Origin: an uncultured Oscillospiraceae bacterium
GTDB taxonomy: Bacteria > Bacillota > Clostridia > Christensenellales > CAG-314
Assembly: GCA_964521735.1 (NCBI GenBank)
Contig: CAZFTO010000001.1
Span: forward strand, 72,442 to 136,441
Length of the DNA stretch: 64,000 nucleotides
Direction: 5' to 3'
Under the pieces are notes generated by a model. That model ran no database searches, was not told where the DNA came from, and was given only the letters and a program-made list of their open reading frames with translations. This document shows, one piece after another, positions 9,880 through 18,840 of this stretch; the first letter of the stretch is position 1; each line of letters starts with the position of its first letter. Made by a program: the position numbers and the translations under genes.

Positions 9880-11187
9880 ATGAGAACGTTTAGGGGCGGC
9901 ACTCACATCCCCGATAACAAAACCATGTCGCAATACGTGGCAATTGAACAAATGCCCATAGTTGCCGACTATTTCGTTGCGCTCTCTCAACACGTCGGTG
10001 CTCCCGCACAGCCTGTTGTAAGTGTTGGTGACGAAGTTTGTCAAGGCCAGTTGTTGGCAAAGGCCACAGGCTTTGCCGCCAACGTGCATTCGCCCGTTTG
10101 TGGTGATGTGGTGGAAATTGTCAAGCGCAAAAACGCTCGTGGGGCAGAGTGCGACTATATTCACATAAAATCCAACGGCAAGCAAAGCGAACAGCTTTTG
10201 CCCGTGTTGGATAATCCCACTCCCGAGCAAATTGTCCAAAGAATTGCCGATGCGGGCGTTGTTGGTTGCGGCGGCGCAGGTTTCCCAACTGCTGTTAAGG
10301 TTCAACCAAAAAATCCCGTCGATACGCTTATTATAAATGCGGCGGAATGCGAACCCTACCTCAACTGCGACAATCGTTTGCTTATTGAACGTGCGCAACA
10401 CGTTGTGGACGGAGCCCGTTTGTTGGCGGTGGCGTGCGATGCCAAACAAGTGTTTATCGGCCTTGAAAGCAACAAGATGGAGGCCTATTCCGCATTGTTG
10501 GCGCTAGACGGCGTAGTTGGGGAAAAGGATCCCAAAACGGAAAGCGACGTCGTTGTTATGTTGCTAAAAACAAAATATCCGCAAGGCGCCGAAAAAACGT
10601 TGATAAAGGCTTGCACCAACAGGGAAGTTCCCGTGGGAGGTTTGCCTGCTGCCGTTGGTTGCGTGGTTTGCAACGTTGCAACGGCCTATTGCGTTTGGGA
10701 TGCCGTCAAAAACGGCCGCACTTTCTATAAGCGTGTTGTCACCGTTTCCGGCAGAGGCATTGGCAATCCGCACAATTTAGAGGTGCTAGTAGGAACACCG
10801 CTTTCTGCAATAGTGGAATTTTGCGGCGGCCTATCCGACGATGTTGCAAAACTTGTGGCCGGTGGCCCGATGATGGGATTTTCCCTTATAAGCACCGACG
10901 TCTACACAACCAAGACGGACGGCGGTTTTTTGGCACTAACTCAAAAGGAAGCAAGCACAGTTTTGCCAACGCCCTGCATCAGTTGTGGCCGTTGTGTTGA
11001 TGCTTGCCCCATGAAACTTATGCCACTCTATATCGATTTCTACGCCACGGCGGGTGGCGTGGAAAACGCCGTAAAATACGGTGCGCTAAATTGCTACGAA
11101 TGTGGCACCTGCGCCTACGTCTGTCCAGCAAAGCGTCCGCTTGTTCAAAGCGTCCGCCTAACAAAACTAAGAGTCAAGGAGAAATAG
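9880..11187 (+). CDS. rnfC: Rnf electron-transport complex subunit C
   Basis: GCGGAGFPTAVK block and two 4Fe-4S motifs (CISCGRCVDACP, CYECGTCAYVCP). First gene of the rnfCDGEAB order. Confidence 0.9.
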   Translation: MRTFRGGTHIPDNKTMSQYVAIEQMPIVADYFVALSQHVGAPAQPVVSVGDEVCQGQLLAKATGFAANVHSPVCGDVVEIVKRKNARGAECDYIHIKSNGKQSEQLLPVLDNPTPEQIVQRIADAGVVGCGGAGFPTAVKVQPKNPVDTLIINAAECEPYLNCDNRLLIERAQHVVDGARLLAVACDAKQVFIGLESNKMEAYSALLALDGVVGEKDPKTESDVVVMLLKTKYPQGAEKTLIKACTNREVPVGGLPAAVGCVVCNVATAYCVWDAVKNGRTFYKRVVTVSGRGIGNPHNLEVLVGTPLSAIVEFCGGLSDDVAKLVAGGPMMGFSLISTDVYTTKTDGGFLALTQKEASTVLPTPCISCGRCVDACPMKLMPLYIDFYATAGGVENAVKYGALNCYECGTCAYVCPAKRPLVQSVRLTKLRVKEK

Positions 11188-11188
11188 C

Positions 11189-12226
11189 ATGTCAAACTAC
11201 GTTTATTCAAGTTCTCCGCAAATTCGAAGCAGCGTCACAACAAAACGGATAATGATTGACGTTTGCATTGCATTATTGCCTGCTTGCATAGCCGGTTGCA
11301 TATTGCTCGGATGGATGTCTCTTTTGATTTTGGCCATTGCGGCACTTTCGGCTGTTGCGGCGGAGTTTGTTTTTCTGCTTTGTTGCAAAAAAACTTTCCA
11401 ACAAATTTTGGATCAATTCGATTTTTCTTCACTGGTAACAGGCTTGCTAGTTGGCATGAATATGTATGCCAATTCAAAGTGGTATGCGCCGCTTTTAGCA
11501 AGCGTATTTGCAGTTGTTGTTGTAAAAATGCTGTTTGGCGGCACGGGCAAAAACGTTGTTAATCCGGCCATTGCCGGCAGAATTTTCGCATTCATTTCCT
11601 TTGGAGCGGCTTTCGGCGGCACAATGCACTTCGTCCGCCCAGATGGAACGGCTGCAAAAGTGCTTTCTTCCGTCACCGGCGGTTATATTCAGGGTGCAAC
11701 CCCATTGCAAGCCATTTTTGGTGCGGAAATCACCAATAACGCTCTCACCAATTTGGATTTGTTCCTTGGCACCGGCGTTCCCGGTTGTATAGGTGAAACT
11801 TGCAAACTTGCGCTTATTATTGGCGGATTGTATTTGGTGGTGCGTGGTGTTCTAAACTTCCGTTGGCCGCTAGTATACGTGTTTGTGGCAGGAGTAACGG
11901 CAGTTGTGCTAAATTGGGCAGACGGCCTAACGTTTAGTCAAGCCATTGCAACTTTCCTTCCCAACGTGCTTTCCGGCGGTTTGATTTTGGGCGCCATTTT
12001 CATGGCAACCGACTACGTGACAACACCCACAACAAAATTGGGCAACTACGTGTACTTTGCAATTTTGGGCGTGCTTACGGCCGTGCTACGCAAGGCTGTC
12101 AAAGGTGAAGCCGTTTCCTTTGCAATTTTGCTAATGAATTTGATCGTTCCCATTTTCGACAGGTTGTTCGTGCGTCGCCCGTTCGGCTACGTAAAGCCTC
12201 AAAAAACGCAAAAGGAGGCTAAGTAG
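11189..12226 (+). CDS. rnfD: Rnf complex subunit D (NqrB/RnfD family)
   Basis: Polytopic membrane protein with PLLASVFAVVVVKMLFGGTGKNVVNPAIAGR and the FMATDYVTTP blocks. Confidence 0.9.
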   Translation: MSNYVYSSSPQIRSSVTTKRIMIDVCIALLPACIAGCILLGWMSLLILAIAALSAVAAEFVFLLCCKKTFQQILDQFDFSSLVTGLLVGMNMYANSKWYAPLLASVFAVVVVKMLFGGTGKNVVNPAIAGRIFAFISFGAAFGGTMHFVRPDGTAAKVLSSVTGGYIQGATPLQAIFGAEITNNALTNLDLFLGTGVPGCIGETCKLALIIGGLYLVVRGVLNFRWPLVYVFVAGVTAVVLNWADGLTFSQAIATFLPNVLSGGLILGAIFMATDYVTTPTTKLGNYVYFAILGVLTAVLRKAVKGEAVSFAILLMNLIVPIFDRLFVRRPFGYVKPQKTQKEAK

Positions 12227-12227
12227 T

Positions 12228-13490
12228 ATGAGCAAAAACACTCTCACTGCCGAACAAAAAGCGGCAAAAAAAGCAACTACAATTCAATCGGTAAAAACCG
12301 TTGCCGTGTTGGTTGTTATTTGTTTGGTGTGTTGCTTGTTGTTGTCCGTTTGCAACGACTTGTTCTACATTTCCGATGAAGATCGCTTCCAGCGTTCCAT
12401 GGCAAAAATCTATCCCAACTTCGTCAACGACGATTCCTTCGATACAACACTCGACGATCAATATAAGGTCGCTGCCGAATATGGCGAAATAAAAAGTGTT
12501 GCTCGTTCCACCGACGGCGCGTATATAGTGGAAGCGCTGGGCAACGGCGGATACGGCGGTGGCACCGTTACGTTGTACGTTATTGTTGGCGGCGATGCTA
12601 AAATAATTGGCTGGGCCGTTAAGGAAAACGTTTCTCAAAGCTATATCAATCGCATTCCGTCCGATGCTGGCAGCACTTGGTACGTGGGTAAAGACGTTTC
12701 GTCTTCGTTGCAACTGGATATGACCGGCGCAACGGTGGTGCTAACTTCAACGGCAATAAACCACGCCGTAAACATGGCGGCATACTACTGCCGCAACGCT
12801 CTAAATTTGGGACAAAATCCCGAAGCGGATGCGCTTGCCGCAGTGCAACAACTGCTAGGTGAGGAATATTCTTCGCAAGTTTGGCAAGGCAAGGCGCAGG
12901 TGCTGAACGCAGCTGTGGGCACTCAAACAGTGGCGCAGTTGCTTTCCACAAGCGATAGCGAGGCAACCTATTTGTTTGTTTCGGAAGAAGGATTGCAAGC
13001 GTTTGTTTATGGCACGCAAAACCTCAAAATTGTGGTGCTAAACGATGGTGAAGTTGTTGCCACCAACTTGCAACAAGAGGACGAAATTTTGTCAAAACTA
13101 TCTCAAACAAGATTGTTGTCTTTCCAATTTGGTTCCTACACGGCTTTTGCGGTAGCAACAGAAGAGCAGCGGACGGACAAATGCATATACACCGTTGCGG
13201 GACTTAACGTCGACACCGTTCCCGGCAGCTACGTGTTGGAAGTCACCATCGAAAACGTTTCCGGCGCAGGCAAGGTTACAAGCATTGTTGCAAAAACCAG
13301 CGGTTACGTAAGCGGTTCTCCGTCGCAAACAGATGCAGACGTGCTTATAACCTCTTTGGTGGGCGCAACAAGTGAAACGGTGGATAGTATTTATTCTAGC
13401 AACAAGGTTGCCGGTGCAACACAATCGGCAAACCTAATAACTGCGGCAGTAAAAGCAGCGTTGCAACTTTTCGACGCTACGTTGGTCTAG
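12228..13490 (+). CDS. rnfG: Rnf complex subunit G, unusually long (420 aa), with a second FMN_bind-like module
   Basis: N-terminal TM, GYGGGTVTLYVIVGGDAKIIGW, and the flavinylation-type motif TGAT (MTGATVVLTSTAINHAV). The C-terminal half repeats the pattern (KVAGATQSANLITAAVKAAL). Positioned between rnfD and rnfE. Confidence 0.8.
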   Translation: MSKNTLTAEQKAAKKATTIQSVKTVAVLVVICLVCCLLLSVCNDLFYISDEDRFQRSMAKIYPNFVNDDSFDTTLDDQYKVAAEYGEIKSVARSTDGAYIVEALGNGGYGGGTVTLYVIVGGDAKIIGWAVKENVSQSYINRIPSDAGSTWYVGKDVSSSLQLDMTGATVVLTSTAINHAVNMAAYYCRNALNLGQNPEADALAAVQQLLGEEYSSQVWQGKAQVLNAAVGTQTVAQLLSTSDSEATYLFVSEEGLQAFVYGTQNLKIVVLNDGEVVATNLQQEDEILSKLSQTRLLSFQFGSYTAFAVATEEQRTDKCIYTVAGLNVDTVPGSYVLEVTIENVSGAGKVTSIVAKTSGYVSGSPSQTDADVLITSLVGATSETVDSIYSSNKVAGATQSANLITAAVKAALQLFDATLV

Positions 13491-13503
13491 AAGGAGGAGC
13501 AAA

Positions 13504-14169
13504 ATGAAATTAAACAGATTCAAAGAAATTGCTCTTGACGGAACGATTCGTCAAAACCCCACCTTCAAATTGGTTTTGGGCACTTGCCCAACGCTTGCGC
13601 TAACAAGTGCGGCATTGGATTGCATGGGCATGGGTGCCGCGGTAACGTTTGTTTTGGTGTTTTCCAACATGATAATTTCCCTGTTGCGCAACATCATTCC
13701 GGATAAAGTTCGCATCCCGTGTTTCATCGTTATCATTGCAACTTTCGTCACCATCGTGCGTATGTTCATCGAAGCCTACGTCCCCAGTTTGTATGATAGT
13801 TTGGGCGTATATCTGCCGCTAATCGTCGTCAACTGCATCATTTTGGGCCGTGCGGAAAGTTTTGCCTCCCACAACCCCGTGGGCGAAAGCGCATTGGACG
13901 GCCTGTTTATGGGCATTGGCTTCACGTTGGCGCTAACGGCAATGGGCATCGTGCGTGAATTTTTGGGCAAAGCTAGCATATTCGGTGTGCAATTGTGGAA
14001 TCCCAACGATTTTTCCATTGGCTTTTTTGCAAATCCTGCTGGTGCGTTTATGACGTTTGGATTGTTTATTGCAATTTTCACCGCTTGCTACAACGCAGTG
14101 GAACGCAAACAAAAGCGCAAATCGGCTCGTGCAACTGCGGCTGTAAATGCGGCAAAGGAGGCAGAGTAG
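13504..14169 (+). CDS. rnfE: Rnf complex subunit E
   Basis: IRQNPTFKLVLGTCPTLALTS and the GVYLPLIVVNCIILGRAE blocks. Confidence 0.9.
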   Translation: MKLNRFKEIALDGTIRQNPTFKLVLGTCPTLALTSAALDCMGMGAAVTFVLVFSNMIISLLRNIIPDKVRIPCFIVIIATFVTIVRMFIEAYVPSLYDSLGVYLPLIVVNCIILGRAESFASHNPVGESALDGLFMGIGFTLALTAMGIVREFLGKASIFGVQLWNPNDFSIGFFANPAGAFMTFGLFIAIFTACYNAVERKQKRKSARATAAVNAAKEAE

Positions 14170-14170
14170 T

Positions 14171-14815
14171 ATGGATATTCTCGGTATCATCGTAGCGGCG
14201 CTGTTCTCGCAAAACTTCATTTTAGTAAAATTCTTGGGAATTTGCCCCTTCTTGGGCGTTTCAAAAAAGGTTAATTCGGCATTGGGTATGGGCTTGGCCG
14301 TAACTGCCGTTATGGTTATCACGTGTGCGGTAACGTACCCCATCTACACTTTCCTTTTGATACCTTTGGGCATCGAATATCTAGAAATTTTGGTGTTCAT
14401 TTTGGTTATTGCGGCGCTGGTGCAAATGTTGGAAATGATCCTAAAAAAGTTCACGCCGTCGCTCTATTCCGCATTGGGTATCTACCTTCCGTTGGTAACC
14501 ACCAACTGCGCCATTTTGGGCATTGCGGAAATTGTCATTGCACAAGTTCAAACGGAAAGTGCCGCACACTTCGTGCTTAAAGACGTGTTGTTTGGCAAAT
14601 GGACGGAAGTCTACATGGCCTATTCCTATGCAGAGGCCGTTTTGTCTGGTTTGTTCTATGGTTTGGGCTTCACTTTGGCCATTGTTATCATGGCCGGTTT
14701 GCGTCAAAAGGTAGATAACTTGCAAGTTGCAAAACCTTTGCGTGGATTTCCCATGTCCATGCTAACGGCTTGCTTCATGGCAATGGCTTTCTACGTTTTC
14801 ACACTTATGGTGTAA
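14171..14815 (+). CDS. rnfA: Rnf complex subunit A
   Basis: ATG at 14171 lies directly after the rnfE stop, behind an aaggagg RBS. Blocks: MDILGIIVAALFSQNFILVKFLGICPFLGVSKK and GIYLPLVTTNCAILG. Confidence 0.9.
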   Translation: MDILGIIVAALFSQNFILVKFLGICPFLGVSKKVNSALGMGLAVTAVMVITCAVTYPIYTFLLIPLGIEYLEILVFILVIAALVQMLEMILKKFTPSLYSALGIYLPLVTTNCAILGIAEIVIAQVQTESAAHFVLKDVLFGKWTEVYMAYSYAEAVLSGLFYGLGFTLAIVIMAGLRQKVDNLQVAKPLRGFPMSMLTACFMAMAFYVFTLMV

Positions 14816-14831
14816 GGGAGGGGGCTATCAA

Positions 14832-15680
14832 ATGCAATTGTTATCTTTTGTTGGACAATCCATTCAATGGGCATCTTTGGGAATAGCCGTCGCCATTGCT
14901 TTTGTAGTATCGTTGGTGTTGGGTGTTCTTATCATCGTCATTTCCCGTTTTTGTGAAGTTAAGGAAGATCCTCGCATAGCGGAAGTGGAAAAACTTTTGG
15001 CCGGCACTAATTGTGGCGCTTGCGGATATGCAGGTTGTTCTGGCTTCGCAAAAGCGTTGGTGGAAGGCACGGCCAAATCGGATGCGTGCGGACAGACCAA
15101 AATAGAAAATCAAATAGAAATATCAAACGTTTTGGGCATCTCCTATAATGGTGCAACGGAACCAACCATTGCCGTTGTTGCATGTTGCGGTGGCAACAAG
15201 TGTCAAGACAAGTATTCCTATCAGGGCTACGGCACTTGCACAAGTCAAAATATGTTGGCGGGCGGCCGCAAAGCGTGCGAAGCAGGCTGCATGGGTAGTG
15301 GAACTTGCGTGGATGCTTGTCCCTACGTGTGCATCGAATGTTACGACGGCTATGCGCATATCGCACCCGATTTGTGTCGTTCCTGCGGGTTGTGCATAAA
15401 CGCATGCCCCAAGAACCTTATCAAACGTATTCCCGCATCGGCAAAAGTGTTTGTCGCGTGTTCTACGGAGTGTCGCGGCAAGGACGTTATGACCAAATGC
15501 CAGGCCGGTTGCATTGCGTGCGGAAAGTGCGAACGCAACTGTCCCACCGGTGCCATTCATTTGGTGAACAACGTTCCTATCATCGACTATGCAAAATGTT
15601 CTTCCTGCGGCAAATGTTTGGAAGATTGCCCTCGTCACTGCATCAAGTACGTGCACCCAACCGATTCCCCTGCCGAATAG
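14832..15680 (+). CDS. rnfB: Rnf complex subunit B (N-terminal TM + polyferredoxin)
   Basis: NCGACGYAGCSGFAKAL block plus four CxxCxxCxxxCP clusters. Confidence 0.9.
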   Translation: MQLLSFVGQSIQWASLGIAVAIAFVVSLVLGVLIIVISRFCEVKEDPRIAEVEKLLAGTNCGACGYAGCSGFAKALVEGTAKSDACGQTKIENQIEISNVLGISYNGATEPTIAVVACCGGNKCQDKYSYQGYGTCTSQNMLAGGRKACEAGCMGSGTCVDACPYVCIECYDGYAHIAPDLCRSCGLCINACPKNLIKRIPASAKVFVACSTECRGKDVMTKCQAGCIACGKCERNCPTGAIHLVNNVPIIDYAKCSSCGKCLEDCPRHCIKYVHPTDSPAE

Positions 15681-15723
15681 CATCGTTTGGCAAAAACTTG
15701 CCAAAAGTCACTAAAAAACATAA

Positions 15724-15752
15724 ACGTACCGATTTTTTCGGTACGTTTTTTT
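15724..15752 (+). terminator. Rho-independent terminator after rnfB
   Basis: acgtaccg-atttttt-cggtacgt hairpin followed by T7. Confidence 0.8.
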
Positions 15753-16225
15753 GCGACCCAAAAGCGAGGCGCCGAATGGCTAGGGTAGCAGGATTCGTCG
15801 CGAACGAAGAGAGCGTAAGCGAAGCAATAGTAGAAAAAAGAATGGGATAAAAAGAAAAAGGCGGAGCGCTACGTTATTTCGAACGCCCTGCATACAAGTA
15901 CAACAAGGCGGCGAAGCCAAAGGAAGCAAAAAAAAGGGAACGGTGTTTTTCCGTTCCTGTTTTTTTGCGACCCAAAAGCGAGGCGCCGAATGGCTAGGGT
16001 AGCAGGATTCGTCGCGAACGAAGAGAGCGTAAGCGAAGCAATAGTAGAAAAAAGAATGGGATAAAAAGAAAAAGGCGGAGCGCTACGTTATTTCGAACGC
16101 CCTGCATACAAGTACAACAAGGCGGCGAAGCCAAAGGAAGCAAAAAAAAGGGAACGGTGTTTTTCCGTTCCTGTTTTTTTGCGACCCAAAAGCGAGGCGC
16201 CGAATGGCTAGGGTAGCAGGATTCG
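15753..16225. repeat. Perfect 214-bp tandem repeat: 2 full copies plus a 45-nt third start that runs into tRNA-Gln
   Basis: The unit starts (gcgacccaaaagcgagg...) at 15753, 15967 and 16181. The two full copies look identical by eye. Each unit holds the last 21 nt of tRNA-Gln (tggctagggtagcaggattcg on +), 31 nt of its 3' flank, a 162-nt unique part, and a ggaacgg-tgttttt-ccgttcc hairpin with A/T runs. Confidence 0.9.
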
Positions 16226-16280
16226 AACCTGCGAAATGACGGAGTCAGAATCCGTTGCCTTACCGCTTGGCGATACCCCA
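16205..16280 (-). tRNA. tRNA-Gln (anticodon CUG)
   Basis: Reverse complement: TGGGGTATCGCCAAGCGGTAAGGCAACGGATTCTGACTCCGTCATTTCGCAGGTTCGAATCCTGCTACCCTAGCCA. It folds as a cloverleaf with the U1-A72 pair typical of bacterial tRNA-Gln, anticodon loop TTCTGAC, T-loop GGTTCGAATCC, and an encoded CCA. Confidence 0.9.
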
Positions 16281-16297
16281 ATATTTTCAACGCCAAC

Positions 16298-16326
16298 AGT
16301 ATATAACTTTTAACAAAACTTGTCAA
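16298..16326 (-). promoter_or_regulatory. Sigma-A-type promoter for tRNA-Gln
   Basis: On the minus strand: TTGACA - 17 nt - TATACT, ending 17 nt upstream of tRNA position 1. Confidence 0.6.
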
Positions 16327-16373
16327 ACGGTATTTTTGCAATATCAAAAGATTGTTTACTGTCTCCCAAACCC

Positions 16374-16402
16374 TTGAACATAGGGTGCAAATGTGCTACA
16401 AT
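16374..16402 (+). promoter_or_regulatory. Sigma-A-type promoter for the metallophosphoesterase gene
   Basis: TTGAAC - 17 nt - (TGc)TACAAT. Confidence 0.55.
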
Positions 16403-16466
16403 GCTACCATAAAAGTGGCAGTGCAATGGCTTACGGCCAACTGCTGCATGGCACAAAGGAGTTTTT

Positions 16467-18731
16467 ATGAAGCGTCTATTTTTGATAGCAACGTTGTTTG
16501 CACTATTGTGCGCAAGTTTGGTCGTTGCTCCGGCATTTGCCGAAGAGCCAGTGCTAACAACAAACAAAACAACCTATAACATCGGCGAGCCCATCACCGT
16601 CACAGCATCCAGCGCAAACACAAGCGGCAAGGATTGGGTCGGCTTGGTTGTTGGGGACAACTCCGATTGGGGATCCCTGCGTTGGGCTTACCTAAGTGAA
16701 TTTTCCGGTTCATTTGATATTCGTCTTGCCCCGCATGCTGCAACCACCGGATATTTTGCCCCATATAAAGATATTCCCGCCGGCGAATACACAATCTATC
16801 TTATGCCTGACGATTTGTCTCTGGGCGGCGACAAGGCCAACGCTGCCAAGGCGCTTGCATCGGTTAAAATAACCGTTGTTGGCGAAACAACGGCCCCGGT
16901 TTCGGCAAAACTCACTTTGGATAACCCCCAAAGCGGCATGGCGGATGGCACACTCACCATCAATTTGCCCGCTGGGCACAATGCCGACGACATTTACGTT
17001 TGGTGGGCAAACGAACAGGGCAAGTTGCCTGGCTACACAAGGCTTGCTCGTTTCAAAGTTCCCTATTCGTACACAACCTGTTTTTCACAGGCAATGACGC
17101 CGCATACGCTTATTCCGCAAGGTGCAACAAAACTTTTGGTATATACGTTTAGTGATGCCTATGGCCTTAGCAAAAGTTGTGTGGAAGTGCCCATTGGCAC
17201 GGTTGGCAGCGTGCTTGGCGAAGAAACTCCCATTGCCGAATTTCAAGTTGTCAGCGACATACACATTTCCAGCGCCGAATACATAAGCCATTTCCAAAGC
17301 ATGTTGGACGATATTGCTCAAAACAGCCCCAACTCTTGCGGCATATTTGCCGTTGGTGACGTTGTGGATCTAGGCGGAATTCCTGCCTATTGGCAAAGTT
17401 TGTGGTCCACCTACGATGCGGCCGAAAACGTCCCGTTTTTGTATATCGGCATGGGCAACCACGAAAGTTTTGGTTTTGCCAACCCCACCTACGAACAGCG
17501 TTTGCAAACCTTTTTGCAAAACTTGCGTTTGCCTAGCGGAATGGAAAAACCCCAAACTGCCTACTACGACGTTTGGGTAAACGGATTCCATTTTGTATTT
17601 TTGTCCTCCACGCAAAACAGCACCTATGCGATTATTGGTGATGAACAGTACGATTGGCTAGAACAAGTGCTTTCCAACTCGCCGGACGATCGTCCAGTGT
17701 TCCTTTTCATGCACGAATCCATGATAAACACCATTGCCGGCAGCACGGCCGAAGAAGGGTGGTGGGGCTTGCAAGACGATATGCGCCTGCGCCAAATTTT
17801 GCAACAATATCCCAACGCTTTTCTTTTCAACGGACACTCCCACTGGATTTTAGATTCGGAAAACTGCATGTACGGCGGTGGCAGTGATGCGGCCATTTTC
17901 AACACTTCGTCTGTTGCCTACCTGTGGCACTCCTACGACATTGTCGGCGGCGAATATATGGCCGGAAGCGAAGGCTACTACGTGCAAGTTTTCAAAGATA
18001 AGGTGCTTGTTCGTGGCAGAAATTTCCTCACCGGCGAATGGGTTTCCTCTGCGCAATTTGTGGTGGATAATCGCTACACTTTTGTTGACGGCGTGGATTT
18101 TGTCGACTTGCAACGTCAAACGCAACAAGCGCAAACGCTGGTGGAGGACGACTATCTTCCAGAAAGTTGGCAACAGTTCGCCACTGCGCTAGAACAAGCG
18201 CAATCGGCACTTAATTCGGGCAACCAACAAACTGTCGACAATGCTTTGCAAAAGCTAATAACTGCGCAAAACGCCTTGCAAAAAAAGCCGCAACGCAACC
18301 AACTTATGCAACAGGTGCAACAGCTCAACGAGCAAGTTCAACAACTAACAAACAGTTTGCAAACGGCCACTGCCGATAACAATTCGCTAACGGCGCAAAT
18401 AAGTTCTCTAAATGCGCAGGTTGCACAGCTAACACAACAGCTAAAAACGGCCGACGACGCCAACGCTTCCTTGTCGGATCAAATAAAAACGCTGCAACAA
18501 AACGTTAGTCAGCTTACGCAATCTCTTTCCCAAAAGCAACAACAAAACGACCGGCTTTCGCAAGAAATTTCCTACTTGCAAACGGCCGTTAACAACATGT
18601 CACAACAGCAACAACTTTCGCAGGATAAAACGCACAAATTGCTGGTTGCAACGGTTGCAGTAAGTTGCGTTGCTGGTTGCCTGTTGGTGGCAGTGGGGCT
18701 GGCAATTTTGCTAAGTCGTCGCAAAAGATAG
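16467..18731 (+). CDS. Secreted calcineurin-like metallophosphoesterase with a FIVAR-like helix, a Gln-rich coiled coil and a C-terminal TM anchor
   Basis: Signal peptide: LFALLCASLVVAPAFA. MPP motifs: VSDIHIS, GDVVDLG, GNHE, FMHES, NGHSHW. Also LPESWQQFATALEQAQSAL, ~130 aa of heptad-like Q/L/N-rich sequence, and a final TM LLVATVAVSCVAGCLLVAVGLAILL + SRRKR. Confidence 0.8.
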   Translation: MKRLFLIATLFALLCASLVVAPAFAEEPVLTTNKTTYNIGEPITVTASSANTSGKDWVGLVVGDNSDWGSLRWAYLSEFSGSFDIRLAPHAATTGYFAPYKDIPAGEYTIYLMPDDLSLGGDKANAAKALASVKITVVGETTAPVSAKLTLDNPQSGMADGTLTINLPAGHNADDIYVWWANEQGKLPGYTRLARFKVPYSYTTCFSQAMTPHTLIPQGATKLLVYTFSDAYGLSKSCVEVPIGTVGSVLGEETPIAEFQVVSDIHISSAEYISHFQSMLDDIAQNSPNSCGIFAVGDVVDLGGIPAYWQSLWSTYDAAENVPFLYIGMGNHESFGFANPTYEQRLQTFLQNLRLPSGMEKPQTAYYDVWVNGFHFVFLSSTQNSTYAIIGDEQYDWLEQVLSNSPDDRPVFLFMHESMINTIAGSTAEEGWWGLQDDMRLRQILQQYPNAFLFNGHSHWILDSENCMYGGGSDAAIFNTSSVAYLWHSYDIVGGEYMAGSEGYYVQVFKDKVLVRGRNFLTGEWVSSAQFVVDNRYTFVDGVDFVDLQRQTQQAQTLVEDDYLPESWQQFATALEQAQSALNSGNQQTVDNALQKLITAQNALQKKPQRNQLMQQVQQLNEQVQQLTNSLQTATADNNSLTAQISSLNAQVAQLTQQLKTADDANASLSDQIKTLQQNVSQLTQSLSQKQQQNDRLSQEISYLQTAVNNMSQQQQLSQDKTHKLLVATVAVSCVAGCLLVAVGLAILLSRRKR

Positions 18732-18805
18732 TATAAAAAACAAATTCATTTACTGTTTTTGGTTTGCATTTTTCAAAACGGTTTGTCGTTTTTTTAACGA
18801 ACTGG

Positions 18806-18840
18806 CAGCCGCGGACATTTTGTCTGCGGCTGTTTTCTTT
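18806..18840 (+). terminator. Rho-independent terminator
   Basis: cagccgcgga-cattttg-tctgcggctg hairpin followed by ttttcttt. Confidence 0.7.

Noticed and set aside
15753-16225. Possible CRISPR array or tandem tRNA genes
   Set aside because: The period is 214 bp with identical 'spacers', so it lacks CRISPR repeat-spacer architecture. Only the last 21 nt of the tRNA are reiterated, with no acceptor 5' half, D-arm or anticodon arm, so the copies are fragments and not genes.
15994-16347. 117-aa minus-strand ORF, plus 15305-15850(+)
   Set aside because: They read through the tRNA-Gln gene, the 214-bp repeat units and terminator hairpins. They are an artefact of repeat sequence.
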